Source: Macrostomum lignano
Lineage: Eukaryota
Length of the DNA stretch: 64,000 nt
Direction: 5' to 3'
NCBI GenBank assembly: GCA_002269645.1
Contig: NIVC01000769.1
Coordinates: 124,001-188,000 of the forward strand
Part shown: piece after piece, positions 31,960 through 45,050 of the stretch
Layout: every line of letters starts with the position of its first letter
Position numbering within the stretch: the stretch's first letter is position 1
Position numbers and translations under genes: made by a program
Notes under the pieces: model-generated
Seen by the model: the letters and a program-made list of their open reading frames with translations, nothing else
Database searches by the model: none
What the model was told of the DNA's origin: nothing

Positions 31960-32450
31960 TACTCAACCCAAAGTCTAATCCCTGGTACAACATTCTAAAA
32001 TCCAACATTCTAATCCTTAATCCCGAATTCTAATCCTTAAACCCACATTCTAATCCCTAATCCCACATTCTAATCCTTAATCGCACATTCTACAGTAATC
32101 CTTAACACCACAGTCTAATCCCTAATCACACATTCTAATCTTTAATCCCACATTCTAATTCCTAATACCCCAGTCTAACCCCTAATACCCCAGTCTAATC
32201 CCTAATACCCCAGTCTAATCCCCAATACCCCAATCTAATCCCTAATCACACATTCTAATCTTTAATCCCACATTCTAATTCCTAATACCCCAGTCTAACC
32301 CCTAATACCCCAGTCTAATCCCCAATACCCCAATCTAATCCCTAACCCCACATTCTAATCCCTAATCCCACATTCTAATACCTAATCCCACATTCTAATC
32401 CCTAATCCCACATTCTAATCCCTAATCCCACATTCGAATCCCATAACCTA
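31960..32450. repeat. About 20-bp minisatellite containing CCCTAA hexamers
   Basis: Unit about CTAATCCCTAATCCCACATT. Confidence 0.9.
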
Positions 32451-32753
32451 CATTTTTATTCCTTATAACAGATTCTAACCCCATATGATATTTCAAATCC
32501 GATGAAGCATTAAAATTCGATATCTATTCCACGGAAGTCATTTGAGATGCAAGAAAATGTAACAATGTGAAGCAACCGCTTCAAACTCGTGTATTCAAGA
32601 GCAGTGGAAGCATTTAGTTCTAAGAATATGCAGCACGAACGCTGGACAATCAAGTCTGACACGATTTCTGAAGAATAATAATAACAAACAGGAAAAGAAC
32701 AAGTCGTGATACAATTCAAAAGATATTAATTACAAAAAGGTTGCTAGCTGGGA

Positions 32754-33473
32754 TAGTGATCGTTTTGGCACCACTCTCCACAACAGCATCCGAACCGCCT
32801 CAAGCAGCAGGTAGTTTAAAGAAAAACTATCAATGGTCTAGATGAGTGTTGATTTTTTTCTCTAGCACTTTTATTAGCTGAGTTATGGCCCATCACGTGG
32901 TGATATCCACGGACATAAATTGCGATTTTCACCAGCTGCTGAAAGATAAAAGTTTGAAAGCCACTAGGATTGGAGGGTCAAGGTTCAAACGGGGACACAA
33001 CTGTTCTTCAAACATCTCCATATGTCGCAACAAGCTCTGCGTGCATTTCAGCCACATTTGTGCGTCCGCTGTCAATCCAGAAGCGAATGACGCCACGCAC
33101 TGTTGGTTTGAGGTCTTTCATTGAAGCTGATGCCATCTTGTGTTTTTTAGCAAAATTTAGCATACTGAATGGTTACCTTGTGCCAATTGTTAAACTGATT
33201 TGCTTAAAGACTGATTAAGCAGAGGGATTGCAGGGTAGACTGAGATTTGATGCTGCAATTTGCGGCTTTAGACTGCAATCTGTCACCCGCAGTTAGTGAA
33301 ATTGCAAGTTATGGCCATGGATATCACCACGTGATGGGCCATAACTCAGCCAATAAAAGTGCTAGAGAAAAAAATCAACACTCATCTAGACCATTGATAT
33401 TTTTTCTTTAAACTACCTGCTGCTTGAGGCAATTCAGACGCTGCTGCAGAAAGTAGTGCCCAAACGATCACTA
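32754..33473. mobile_element. MITE with about 180-bp TIRs and TAG..CTA termini (Academ-like?)
   Basis: 32754-32930 is the inverted copy of about 33297-33473. TSD unclear (GA on both sides). Followed by (GATTA)n. Confidence 0.75.
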
Positions 33474-34086
33474 GATTAGATTAGATTAGATTAGATTAGA
33501 AATTTATATCGCGAAATCAAAGGCGAGAGATGAAAGATGATCGCTAAAAATGAGGATAAAAAATGAACAATAGTCTACAAGATAACGACGTGATAATGAA
33601 AAAATTAACAATCAAATGCCTTTCTAAAATCAATTCCACAAGCTTTGGGTTAGCAAATTAATAATTATATTGCAACCGTAGCTAGTTAAGCTTGCGTGCC
33701 GTGATTGATATAATTTGGCATAACATAAAATTAGCTACTGTTAGTAATCAAATGCTGGTAGAATTTATCTAGCAACCAAACTAGCTAAACGCAAAAGCTG
33801 TTGAAATTAATTTTCGACTATACCTAAAAACATGCGATTTACAGGGTCTTTCCAATTCACCTGAAAATTGCATTCCTAAATTTGACTTTATCTTTTCAAG
33901 TCTAGAGAAAAAAACCAGATATCCACGTAAATATTGGCTTCTGCACTATTTTTTTCTGCTACCTATTAAGTAGTAGACTTTCCTATTGTTCTCTGCAGAT
34001 GTGCTCATTTTCTATTCAAATTATCCAAGCAGCTCTAGAGTAACTGTAACTACATAAGGATAGTAGATACAAGTATATATAAATGA

Positions 34087-36681
34087 CTACAATAAGGTCT
34101 CGCCAGCCGTGGCATTCATTTTGGCAAAATAATTCTTCAAGCACTCGAACGAGCCAACCATAATAGCGGACGCGGGCACTACTTTAAGTAGGCGAGGCGT
34201 CACTCCGGTGAACAGGGCGGCCAATCCGCCTCGTTTAACCAGGTCACGCATCGCTTTCCACACTGAGCTATTGCCTGCGGCATTAGCCGCGCTGGCCTCG
34301 GCGGCGGCCCTGAAACCCAGCTCCATCTGTTTGTGCGTTTTCACCACGTCAAATGGCAGAGTGGCCAGGCCCGCGATCAGGCCCGCCAGGCCGCCGAGGC
34401 CGGCCGCCTCTGTCAAGGACAGCGAATCGGCTCCGGCCGAGCGGAGACGCGCCGTTCTGGCCGAATCGAATGTCAGCCAATAGATGGCCGAGAATGGCAC
34501 GTCGCGTAATAAAGTTGGCACAGCGCCGCGCCACAGGCTGAACAGACCGTGAGCGCGAACCTCGGCGCTTGCCGAGCGGAGAACAACTGACCAGTCGGTG
34601 CGCTGAGTCTGCGGCCATTGCGGTTAGGGGGATTTACGCAAACGCTGTGATAGACAGGTTAGCAGCTCTGAGCTGCGGAACAAAAACAGTAGGAGTTGCA
34701 ACTCCAGCCAATTCGTCTGTCCGCCTGTCTGTGTCCACCTATTTGATCTGTCTGTTCGCATGACTGTGTCCACCTATTTGATCTGTCTGTTCGCATGACT
34801 GTGTCCACCTATTTGATCTGTCTGTTCGCATGACTGTGTCCACCTATTTGATCTGTCTGTTCGCATGACTGTGTCCACCTATTTGATCTGTCAGTCCGCC
34901 TGTCTGTGTCCACCTATTTGATCTGTCTGTTCGCATGACTGTGTCCACCTATTTGATCTGACTATCCGCCTGTCTGTGTCTACCTATTTGATCTGTCTGT
35001 TCGCATGACTGTGTCCACCTATTTGATCTGTCTATCCGCCTGTCTGTGTCCACCTATTTGATCTGTCTGTTCGCATGACTGTGTCCACCTATTTGATCTG
35101 TCAGTCCGCCTGTCTGTGTCCACCTATTTGATCTGTCTGTCCACCTGTCTGTCTGCGTCCATCTGTCTGTTACCTGTCCTATCGCCCGAATGTGCAGTGC
35201 CCGCTTTCGTCTCCTGTTGTTACAGCTCAAGACTTGCCTGCATACTAGTGCGGACCAGTTCCAGCGGCGACATACACATCACAGACACCAGACGAGCAGA
35301 TACGGCGGCTACAGGCGGCACCCAGGCCTTGCCAGCCGTGTCGTTAGGCGGCCGATAGCCGAGACCGGCTTTCAACAGATCCATGCTTGTGAAGTAGATT
35401 ACGGTGCTGGGTATGGCCAGGATTAACGTGGCGGATAGGCCCGAATAGAGTGACTGGGGGCCCTCGTGTCGGACTATTTTCAGCAGTGCGTCCTGGGGTG
35501 AGATTGGCAAAGATTTGGAGTTAGAGAAAAACCGGGCACTGAACACATTCGATTGATGTTACCAATACACGGATAGATGCCTTCATAGCCCAACCAAAGT
35601 AGAGCATCATAAATTAATTAAAGATTACAAAGACGACTGATCACATGTGTTAATCAAGAGATTCTTTGAAGTCGATGCAGACACCTGTATTTTAAATTTT
35701 GCCAACATCAGTATGACGTAGAAAGGCACTGGAATGAAGTAGAATGGCATTGGAATGGAGTAAAAAGGCATTGGAATGAAGTAGAATGGCATTGGAATGA
35801 AGTAGAATGGCACTGGAATGAAGTAGAATGGCATTGGAATGGAGTAGAATGGCATTGGAATGGAGTAGAATGGCATTGGAATGGAGTAGAAAGGCATTGG
35901 GATGAAGTAGAATGGCATTGGAATGGAGTAGAATGGCATTGGAATGGAGTAGAATGGCATTGGAATGGAGTAGAATGGCATTGGAATGGAGTAGAATGGC
36001 ATTGGAATGGAGTAGAATGGCATTGGAATGGAGTAGAAAGGCATTGGAATGGAGTAGAATGGCATTGGAATGGAGTAGAATGGCATTGGAATGGAGTAGA
36101 AAGGCATTGTAATGGAGTAGAAAGGCATTGGAATGGAGTAGAATGGCATTGGAATGAAGTAGAATGGCATTGGAATGGAGTAGAATGGCATTGGAATGAA
36201 GTAGAATGACATTTTTATTGAGTAGAATAGCATCGGAATGGCGAAAAACTCTGTACTCTGAACTCTGTAATTTAATCGTAGCAACTATTTGTATGATTGC
36301 AATTAAAGATTGAAGCCCAGGTGCGCACAATCTCACCAAAGGTGAGGTGAACTTGGCGGCGCCAGGCTTGCGATACCAGGGCACAGATTTGTCAGTCTCT
36401 GGCGCGCACATGCACAGATGATCCATCAGGCCATTGCAATATAGAAAACAATTCCCACTGCCAAACTGTTTTGGCCTAGCCTGAGCTTGCATTCGAGTTT
36501 TAACAACATCGAATGGTGTCATGGTCAGAGAAGTGGCAACGCCGCCTATTGAGGAGGCGGCAACTCGTTGCCAGAAGTGCAGATTGGCGTGGCTGGCACT
36601 GACAGCTGCAGTGTCAGCTTGGTTCTGCTGCAGCTGGCTTTGTGCCATGGTGTCTGTTAGAACTGCGTTCTGTGTGAGCAT
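34087..36681 (-). CDS. SLC25A39/40: Mitochondrial carrier SLC25A39/40 family (glutathione import), 373 aa
   Basis: Exons 36681-36337, 35492-35238, 34608-34087. Three PxD/ExxKT/RT carrier motifs (PFDVVKTR, PLELVRTS, PFDVVKTH). Family insert CFLYCNGLMDHLC and LRDVPFSAIYW are present. Intron 2 needs a GC donor. Confidence 0.93.
34729..35145. repeat. 35-bp minisatellite in carrier intron 2
   Basis: Unit CTGTGTCCACCTATTTGATCTGTCTGTTCGCATGA, about 11 copies. Confidence 0.95.
35718..36240. repeat. 21-bp minisatellite in carrier intron 1
   Basis: Unit GTAGAATGGCATTGGAATGGA, about 24 copies. Confidence 0.95.
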
Positions 36682-37523
36682 GAATAGTATTAGTTGTTCT
36701 GGGATTAGAAAAATTGACCCCCACTACGCAGGACCAACACAGCAAGTCTCAGTTAGTGGAATCCCGTCATTGAAATTTTTGATCAATTAAATTTCCAGTT
36801 CGAATATAAGTCAATAAAATAAGAATATATCTTAATAGATATTTTCATAGAGCCATTAGTCATAGCTCCTATTCTAATATTTTAGCAAGTATACACGGAC
36901 AACTTTTCTCTGAAGCAGAAAATGAATTAGGGCTAGGCTAAGCTAGGAAGGTGCCAGAATAATATCACCTGAATTATCACTATTTCTGCATCATGCATTG
37001 GGGATATATTCTCCCATGAAATCCAGAAATTTTTTATCAGCAGCATAAATTTACAGCTTAGATCTGGGAAATATAGTTGCTTTAGAGATATTTGGATAAC
37101 AAATCTTATTAGATGACCAAGTTATGCCAATATAGAGATGGGACAAATATTTGGAATATTTGGAATTGAATTGAATCAACAAAATATTTAACTTGAATTG
37201 GAATCAGGAATTTGACAATCTGAATACCAAATAGTCACTTTGATATAGTACAAAGATTTGAAACAAGTCAAGACTAAGAGTTGAGCATTGATGCAGGTGT
37301 TGTGACTCATAAATAAAGGGAAAGAGTTGGGGATAGTTATGCGCTGAGGAAAGGCAGAGAGATTAAAGGTGCAACAATTGAGCATATTTTGTAAGGATTT
37401 GAGAAGGCTTTAGAATAAAATTAAAAGGAATAGGGACTAAGAAGTTTGAGTTTGAAGATTCAAAAGTGTTAGGGGTTGTGGGCTTGTGGCTCATAAATGA
37501 GGGGATGGAATCAAGAATAGGAC

Positions 37524-38782
37524 TGTAGAAAAAATATTAAACTAAAGACTATTTAATTGGAGTTAAATTGAAGGAGCAGGAGGAGCAGTAAGTGGGCGCA
37601 GGGCCCAAACCGATATATTTATAGAACATTTAACTTTGGGGGGTTGAGCCCAGAATAATAAAGAGAGGGGGTGGAGTGCGCGACTGAGGAAAGAGGCGAG
37701 AACGGAGAGCCAATCAGAACGCAGCAAGGGAGAGAGAGATAAGAATAACAAGATTGAGCTAGACAAAGAGAGAGAAAACGGAGTAAACAGAGACAATTGA
37801 AGGTGAACTAAGAAGTGACTAGGAAAGTCGCGACACTCCCCCCAAAAAATGGAACATTTTTTGAATTTTCGAGTACCAATAGAATTATGAATTAGAGTTC
37901 AAGAAACAACTCTAAAGCAAATTAAACAATGGTGTACGAGCTACAAATACGACTAAAAATTTCAATACAAAAACTGTGGAGACTAGAGTGAATGCAAAAT
38001 TGACCAAGAAATTTCACGTGTGCGATTTTAATGAATAAATTGTTACGAGTATAACCAATGAAAAAACTGACTGCATCTACCCTCCGCCCTAAAAAATTAA
38101 TTTAATTTTTTACATTGTGAAAGAAAAAAATTGAATGACGAATTAACGAGGCGATCTGGCAGACGATGAGCGAAGAGACGATCCGGCAGGCGAGCCCCAA
38201 GGCGCCCCGGCCGAGAATTTGAAACCGAGAGAGACCGAGGACACCGCAGGACGCACCCCCGGCAGACGAAGCGATGAGGCCGACAGACGAAGCGATGAGG
38301 CCGACAGACGAAGCGATGAGATGACTGGTGGAGGGCTACGACTATGACGAGATGGGAGGGCGATGAGACGAGAGACGAGGAGACTGGTGGAGGGCTACGA
38401 CGATGGCATGGCCTTTGCCAGCCTTACTGAATTGACTTATAATGACTAAATTATTTTACATTGGGCGCCATGTAGAAAAAATATTAAACTAAAGACTATT
38501 TAATTGGAGTTAAATTGAAGGAGCAGGAGGAGCAGTAAGTGGGCGCAGGGCCCAAACCGATATATTTATAGAACATTTAACTTTGGGGGGTTGAGCCCAG
38601 AATAATAAAGAGAGGGGGTGGAGTGCGCGACTGAGGAAAGAGGCGAGAATGGAGAGCCAATCAGAACGCAGCAAGGGAGAGAGAGATAAGAATAACAAGA
38701 TTGAGCTAGACAAAGAGAGAGAAAACGGAGTAAACAGAGACAATTGAAGGTGAACTAAGAAATGACTAGGAAAGTCGCGACA
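37524..38782 (-). mobile_element. TRIM (miniature non-autonomous LTR retroelement), 1259 bp
   Basis: Two 312-bp TG..CA LTRs at 37524-37835 and 38471-38782. 5-bp TSD AGGAC. PBS TGGCGCCCAA (tRNA-Lys type) directly after the 5' LTR. Purine-rich GGGGGGAG PPT before the 3' LTR. No ORF. Confidence 0.93.
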
Positions 38783-41700
38783 AGGACAATATGTGGCTAT
38801 GTGCCACATATTGAAAGGCAAGGGTGCTTGAGCAGTTGCAAGTTTATTGATGCTCAGATTTGAGGCTTTAGAAAAATAGATCATTGAATTGTTTATGGAA
38901 CATGAATTTTAGTGGATGCTGATTCTTGCAAACTTGGAAATATAGGTTGCAATTAGGTCAAGATGTATTTCATTGGACAAAAAGTAAATATGCAGGCCTA
39001 TTGGTCAAAGGCTAAAGGCAGGCCTATTGATTCTATCTGTAGTTGCCCCTTATGAGAATGCAGGTAGTCTCTCTATCTTAGTGAGTGAGGCAACTTGCTA
39101 TGTCATGGCAGGCTTGAGTTGAGGAATGAAGTGGGGGATGCAGTGTGTGAGGGTTTTTTAGATGGATTAGAGCCACCCAATCAGTTTTCTTGTATCTTCT
39201 TTCTCAGAATAGTCCAAGAAAAATTACTCACTGACACATATAGTGGAGACTTTTCAATGTTGCTGAATATATATAAAATTTTGAACAATGAAAAATTGAT
39301 TTGGAAGTGGGTCAAATATTCAAAGATTTTTCATGCTTTCAATGTTTTAATTTTGAATTTTAATACCCCATGGGGGCTTAATGCATTAGTTGGCTCTAAA
39401 AACATCTATGATTGAACAAGATATTGATATTGATCAACATAAACAAGTTTTGTGACTGTGATTATTGGTGACTATAATATTATCATATTTATATTTGATA
39501 TACATCAAATAGCTTAAATTATATAATAATTGTTTTTCTTTCTATTATCATTATTATCTATTATTATACACATTTAAAAAATAATAATATTAGCACTGAT
39601 AGATAGAATAGTGTAAATATTCAGCTGCAGTTATTTGCCCATAATGGTAAGATGTAAATATACATAAAACAACAATATACATGTATCTATCAATTGATTT
39701 TGATCTGATTTGATTCTAAAAAAAGTTAACTGGGAAAACAGTGTGAATATGAGTGATGAGAGTTCTCCATCTTGAGATTGAGACTCCATGAGAATTTTGC
39801 TGCACAGCCTGCTCATCAAGGAGGCCAACATGTAGATTTGGGTTGCCTCGACAAATCTTGCCTTTGTCAACAAATTAATGAGTCAATAAGAGAGAAATAT
39901 GGGTATAAAACTGAAAATTCATGAAAAAAAATCAGAGCACAGCAGTTTAGCGCAACAATAGCCCTTTTTCAGTCATAATAGCGCAGCAGTGCAGAAAATT
40001 TGGAATAGCACAAAAAGTGCAAAAATGGATACTATAGAGATAATCTGCTTATGATAAAATTTACTTCGAGCATCGAGCTCCATTGTTCATTATAACCCTT
40101 GGAAGTTTAAATTTAGTAAAGTATACTACAAGTATAAATTAACTAAAATAGAAACTACACTGACACAATTTGGCAACATAATTTGTGAGTCCATATGGAG
40201 TAACATTTTGGTCAATTACTATAACGAATCAACTGATGGATTGTGTGTAACACTGAGAACAAACAATCAAGGAAATAATAAAATCCTTCCAATAATAGTT
40301 GTGGTCCTATGTAATTATTTAATTGTTTAGTCTTTCATAATATTAACTGCTTAAGGTAAATATACTGCATAGAAACTTTTGGAAACTGAAGACTGGAGAA
40401 TAAGACAAACATTGCTGACTTAGCAACTATTATTACAATAGCTAATATCAAAATATTGCAGTGCCAAACTGACTGCCAAAACAATGGAATTAGATAAAAA
40501 GAAAACCAAGGCAATGCATAAAGCACCCTATTGGAATAAAAGTTGAAAACCCGCGGACGCGCGCTTTAGAGTAGAGTCAAATTATTTTACCCCGCTTTAG
40601 CATTATTAGAAATGTTCCATTGCAATTGATGAAATTGTCCATTTCAATCTGTCAAAATCGAAATTCGATAACTTTCTGAAATTGAAATTGAACTTGAAAT
40701 TTTCCGAAATCAAAATTTAGAAAAACAAAGTTTAATATGACTAACACTTTTTATGTTTTGATTTACTGCTTATGCAAAACAAAATACATGTATATGTAGC
40801 AGAAATTACTCGCTGTTTATTTTTAACCACTTAGACACTTTTGAAATTTTGACTTCCGATTTTTTTTTTAAATTGAAATTTGCTCTTAAAAATTTTGAAT
40901 TTTGAAAAAATGAAATTGAAATTTTTTGGAACATCGCTAGGTATTATAAATGACAAGTGTATAGGCTCCTTCTACAGAGGTATTAGGCCCCCTTCCATGT
41001 ATATTTACTTGCTTGAGCAGCAGCCAGCGGGGAAGGGCACCACGTGCACAGGTGCTGCGCACCTGTGCGCGCACTGTGCTTTAGAAAATTTTCAAAAGTG
41101 CGCCGGACGCTGTCTGCAGTTTTACAACTTTTTCCTATAGGAATAAAGCATAACATGGATGAAAGAGATGAGGGTTTGAGATGAGCTACTAAAGCCATAG
41201 AACAAAGGACAGATACTAAGACAGACTGATAGACACTAAGACAGACTGCACTTAGATTAGAAAGACAGAAAGATAGCAATGCATTTAAATTACTACAAAG
41301 AGTAGATTAGACACTATAGTTCAACTGAAAAGGTGTGATTTATTTCAAAGCAATCAAATCAAATCAATTATTCAATTTTCCTATTCTAGGCGATTATTTT
41401 GAAATCTATTCCAACCATACATGCGCAACCTCCAAAATTTGGTCCGCCATGCGTCTTCCTATATACTAAAAATGAAATGTGTGTCTCTGTGAGATAGATT
41501 TCAGAAAAAACGGCTTAACCGATTTTCTTCAAACTTGCACCATTCGATCAGAAATTTTCCTGGGACGGTACATGCATCTTGGCTAAGAAATTGCTCAATT
41601 TTAAAGGGATTAAATATTCGAAAAACATGCTTTTTTGCAAAGGTCAAGCAGCTCTTTCGACCTGAAATGCATTGTAAGAATGCTAGAGAAAAAACTGACT

Positions 41701-42049
41701 GACTGAATTCTGATTCTGACAAAGATTGCATCACAACAAGTTGAGAACAGTGCCGAAGAAATGCACACACGACTTGAATGAAATTGCGTAACCATATTGG
41801 CAACTTAAATTGAGACTGATTCTGGCTGACTGAGAAATTGATTATGTCATAACTTTTTACTCCAATTGACTTGCTGTAAGAATTGAATTATAAGGGCCAC
41901 AATTTATGTTCTCCAATTGAAAAAGATAGCCCAGATGCGAACAGACTGGAATGCTAATGTAGCGACTTGGGTTCGAATCTTAGTAGGGCAAAAAAGATTT
42001 TTTTTATTAAAACACCTTAAAAACACAAAACTTCTAAACATAAAAGAAG

Positions 42050-44580
42050 CGCAATGTCAAACATAGAAGAGCCACCATGTCGAACATAAAAGAGCTAACA
42101 TATCGAATATTAAAGAGCCACCATGTCAAACCTAAACGAGCCACCATGTCTAATATTTAAGAGGCACCATATAAAACATATAAGTGACTTTATGTCAAAC
42201 ATAAAAGAGCCACCATTTCTAACATTAAACAGCCACCATTTCGAACATTAAAGAGCCACCATGTCGAAAATAAAAGAGTCACTATTTCGAACATCAAAGA
42301 GCCACTATGTCAAACATTTAGGAGCCACTTTTTCGAACATTAAAGAGCCACCATGTCAAACATAAAAGAGCCAACATGTCAAACATAAAAGAGCCAACAT
42401 GTCAAACATAAAGAGCCACCATGTCAAACATTTAAGAGCCACCATGTCAAACATATATGTGACTTTGTGTTAAACATTAAAGAGCCACCATTTCGAACAT
42501 TAAAGAGCCACCATGTCAAACATGAAAGAGCTATAACATGAAGAATATTAAAGAGCCACCATGTCGAACATAAAAGAGCTGCCATGTAAAATAACAAAGA
42601 GCTACCAAGTTAAACATAAAAGAGCCACCATGTAAAACATTAAAGAGCCACCATGTGAAACATTAAAGAGCCACATTGTCAAACCTAGAAGAGCCACCAT
42701 GTCGAACATAACAGAGCTACCATGTCAAACATTAAAGAGCCACCATGTCAAACATTCAAAAGTTACATTGTCAAACATTGAAGAGCCACTATGTCAAACA
42801 TTTAGGAGCCACTTTGTCGAACATTAAAGAGCCAACATGTCAGACATAAAGAGCCACCATGTCAAACATTTAAGAGCCACCATGTCAAACATATATGTGA
42901 CTTTATGTCAAACATTAAAGAGCCACCATTTCGGACATAACAGAGCTACCATGTAAAACATTAAAGAGCCACCATGTCAAACATTAAAGAGCCACCATGT
43001 CGAACATAAAAGAGCCACCATGTCAAACCTAAAAGAGCCACCATGTCGAAAATAAAAGAGCCACTATTTCGAACATTAAAGAGCCACCATTTCGAACATT
43101 AAAGAGCCACCATGTCGACCATAAAAGAGCCACTATTTTGAACATTAAATATCCACCATGTCAAACATAAAAGAGCCAACATGTCAAACATAAAAGAGCC
43201 AACATGTCAAACATAAAGAGCCACCATGTCGAAAATGAAAGAGCCACTATTTCGAACATTAAAGAGCCACCATTTCGAACATTAAAGAGCCACCATGTCG
43301 ACCATAAAAGAGCCACCATGTCAAACATGAAAGAGCTATAACATGAAGAATATTAAAGAGCCACCATGTCGAACATTAAAGAGCCACCATGTCGAACATT
43401 TAAGAGCCACCATGTTAAACCTAAAAGAGCCACCATGTTAAACCTAAAAGAGCCACCATGTTAAACCTAAAAGAGCCACCATGTTAAACCTAAAAGAGCC
43501 ACCATGTCAAACCTAAAAGAGCCACCATTTCGAACATATAAGTGACTTTATGTCAAACATTAAAGAGCCACCATGTCAAACATTAAAGAGCCACCATGTA
43601 AAACAAAAGAGCCACCATTTCGAACATTAAAGAGCCACCATGTCAAACATTTAAGAGCCACCATGTTAAACATAAAAGAGCCACTATGTTGAACATTAAA
43701 CAGCCATCATGTCAAACCTAAAAGATCCACAATTTCGAACACTTAAGAGCCACAATGTAGAATATTAAAGAGCTACCATGTCAAACATTTAAGAGCCACC
43801 ATGTCAAACATTTAAGAGCCACCACGTAAAACATTAAAGAGCCACCATTTGAAACATTAAAGAGTCACCATGTCAAACATTTAAGAGCCACCATGTCAAA
43901 CATTTAAGAGCCACCATGTCAAACCTAAAAGAGCCACCATGTCAAACCTAAAAGAGCCACCATGTCGAACATAAAAGAGCCACCATGTCAAACCTAAAAG
44001 AGCCACCATGTCGAACATAAAAGAGCTATACCATGAAAAAAATTAAAGAGCCACTATCTCGAACATTAAAGAGCCACCATGTCAAACAATTAAGAGCCAC
44101 CATGTCAAACATTTAAGAGCCACCATGTCAAACCTAAAAGAGCCACCATGTCAAACCTAAAAGAGCCACCATGTCAAACCTAAAAGAGCCACCATGTCGA
44201 ACATAAAAGAGCTATACCATGAAAAACATTAAAGAGCCACTTTCTCGAACATTAAGGAGCCACCATGTCAAACATTTAAAAGCCACCTTGTCAAACATTA
44301 AATAGCCACTTTGTCGAACATTAAAGAGTCACTGTGTCAAACATAAAAGAGCCACTGTTTCAAACATAAAAGAGCCACCAGGTTAAACATTAAAGAGCCA
44401 CCATGTCAAACAATAAAGAGGCACCATGTCAAACATAAAAGAGCCACCATGTCTGACATTAAAAAGCCATCGTTTCAAACATAAAACAGTTGCCATGTAG
44501 AACTTAAAACAGCCACCATGTCAAACATAAAATTTACACAATTTCAAACATAAAAGTAAGCGAATTTTAAAGGAGCCACT
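42050..44580 (+). repeat. 23-bp satellite inside Helitron 1
   Basis: Unit AAAGAGCCACCATGTCAAACATT, about 110 degenerate copies. Confidence 0.95.
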
Positions 44581-44619
44581 ATAATGCTAAGGAAATTATC
44601 GCACTAGCTACTTATTGTC

Positions 44620-45050
44620 TGGTGGATGCTTGCTATTTGGGGATGCTATCTATGTAGGGGATGCTTGCTATCTGGCGGATGCTTGCTATCTGGGGGATGC
44701 TTGCTATCTGGGGGATGCTTGCTATCTGGGGGTTGCTTGTAATCTGGAAGATGCCTGCTATCTGGCGGATGCTTGCTATCTGGGGGATGCTTGCTATCTG
44801 GGGGATGCTTGCTATCTGGGGGATGCTTGCTATCTGGGGGATGCTTGCTATCTGGGGGTTGCTTGTAATCTGGAAGATGCTTGCTATCTGGCGGATGCTT
44901 GCTATCTGGAAGATGCTTGCTATCTGGCGGATGCTTGCTATCTGGGGGATGCTTGCTATCTGGGGGATGCTTGCTATCTGGGGGATGCTTGCTATCTGGG
45001 GGTTGCTTGTAATCTGGAAGATGCTTGCTATCTGGGGGATGCTTGCTGTC
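44620..45050 (+). repeat. 18-bp satellite inside Helitron 1
   Basis: Unit GGATGCTTGCTATCTGGG, about 24 copies. Confidence 0.95.

Noticed and set aside
35625-36284. FYSIPMP repeat ORF and the tail of the 329-aa ORF
   Set aside because: 21-bp minisatellite in carrier intron 1. The exon ends at 36337.
38790-41400. Short ORFs (39095-39415, 39631-39873, 40880-41279)
   Set aside because: No recognisable motifs, AT-rich, and no consistent splice structure.
42050-44580. Many copies of the vertebrate Kozak sequence GCCACCATG
   Set aside because: Part of the 23-bp satellite unit. Each ATG meets a stop within about 3 units, and there is no evidence of translation.
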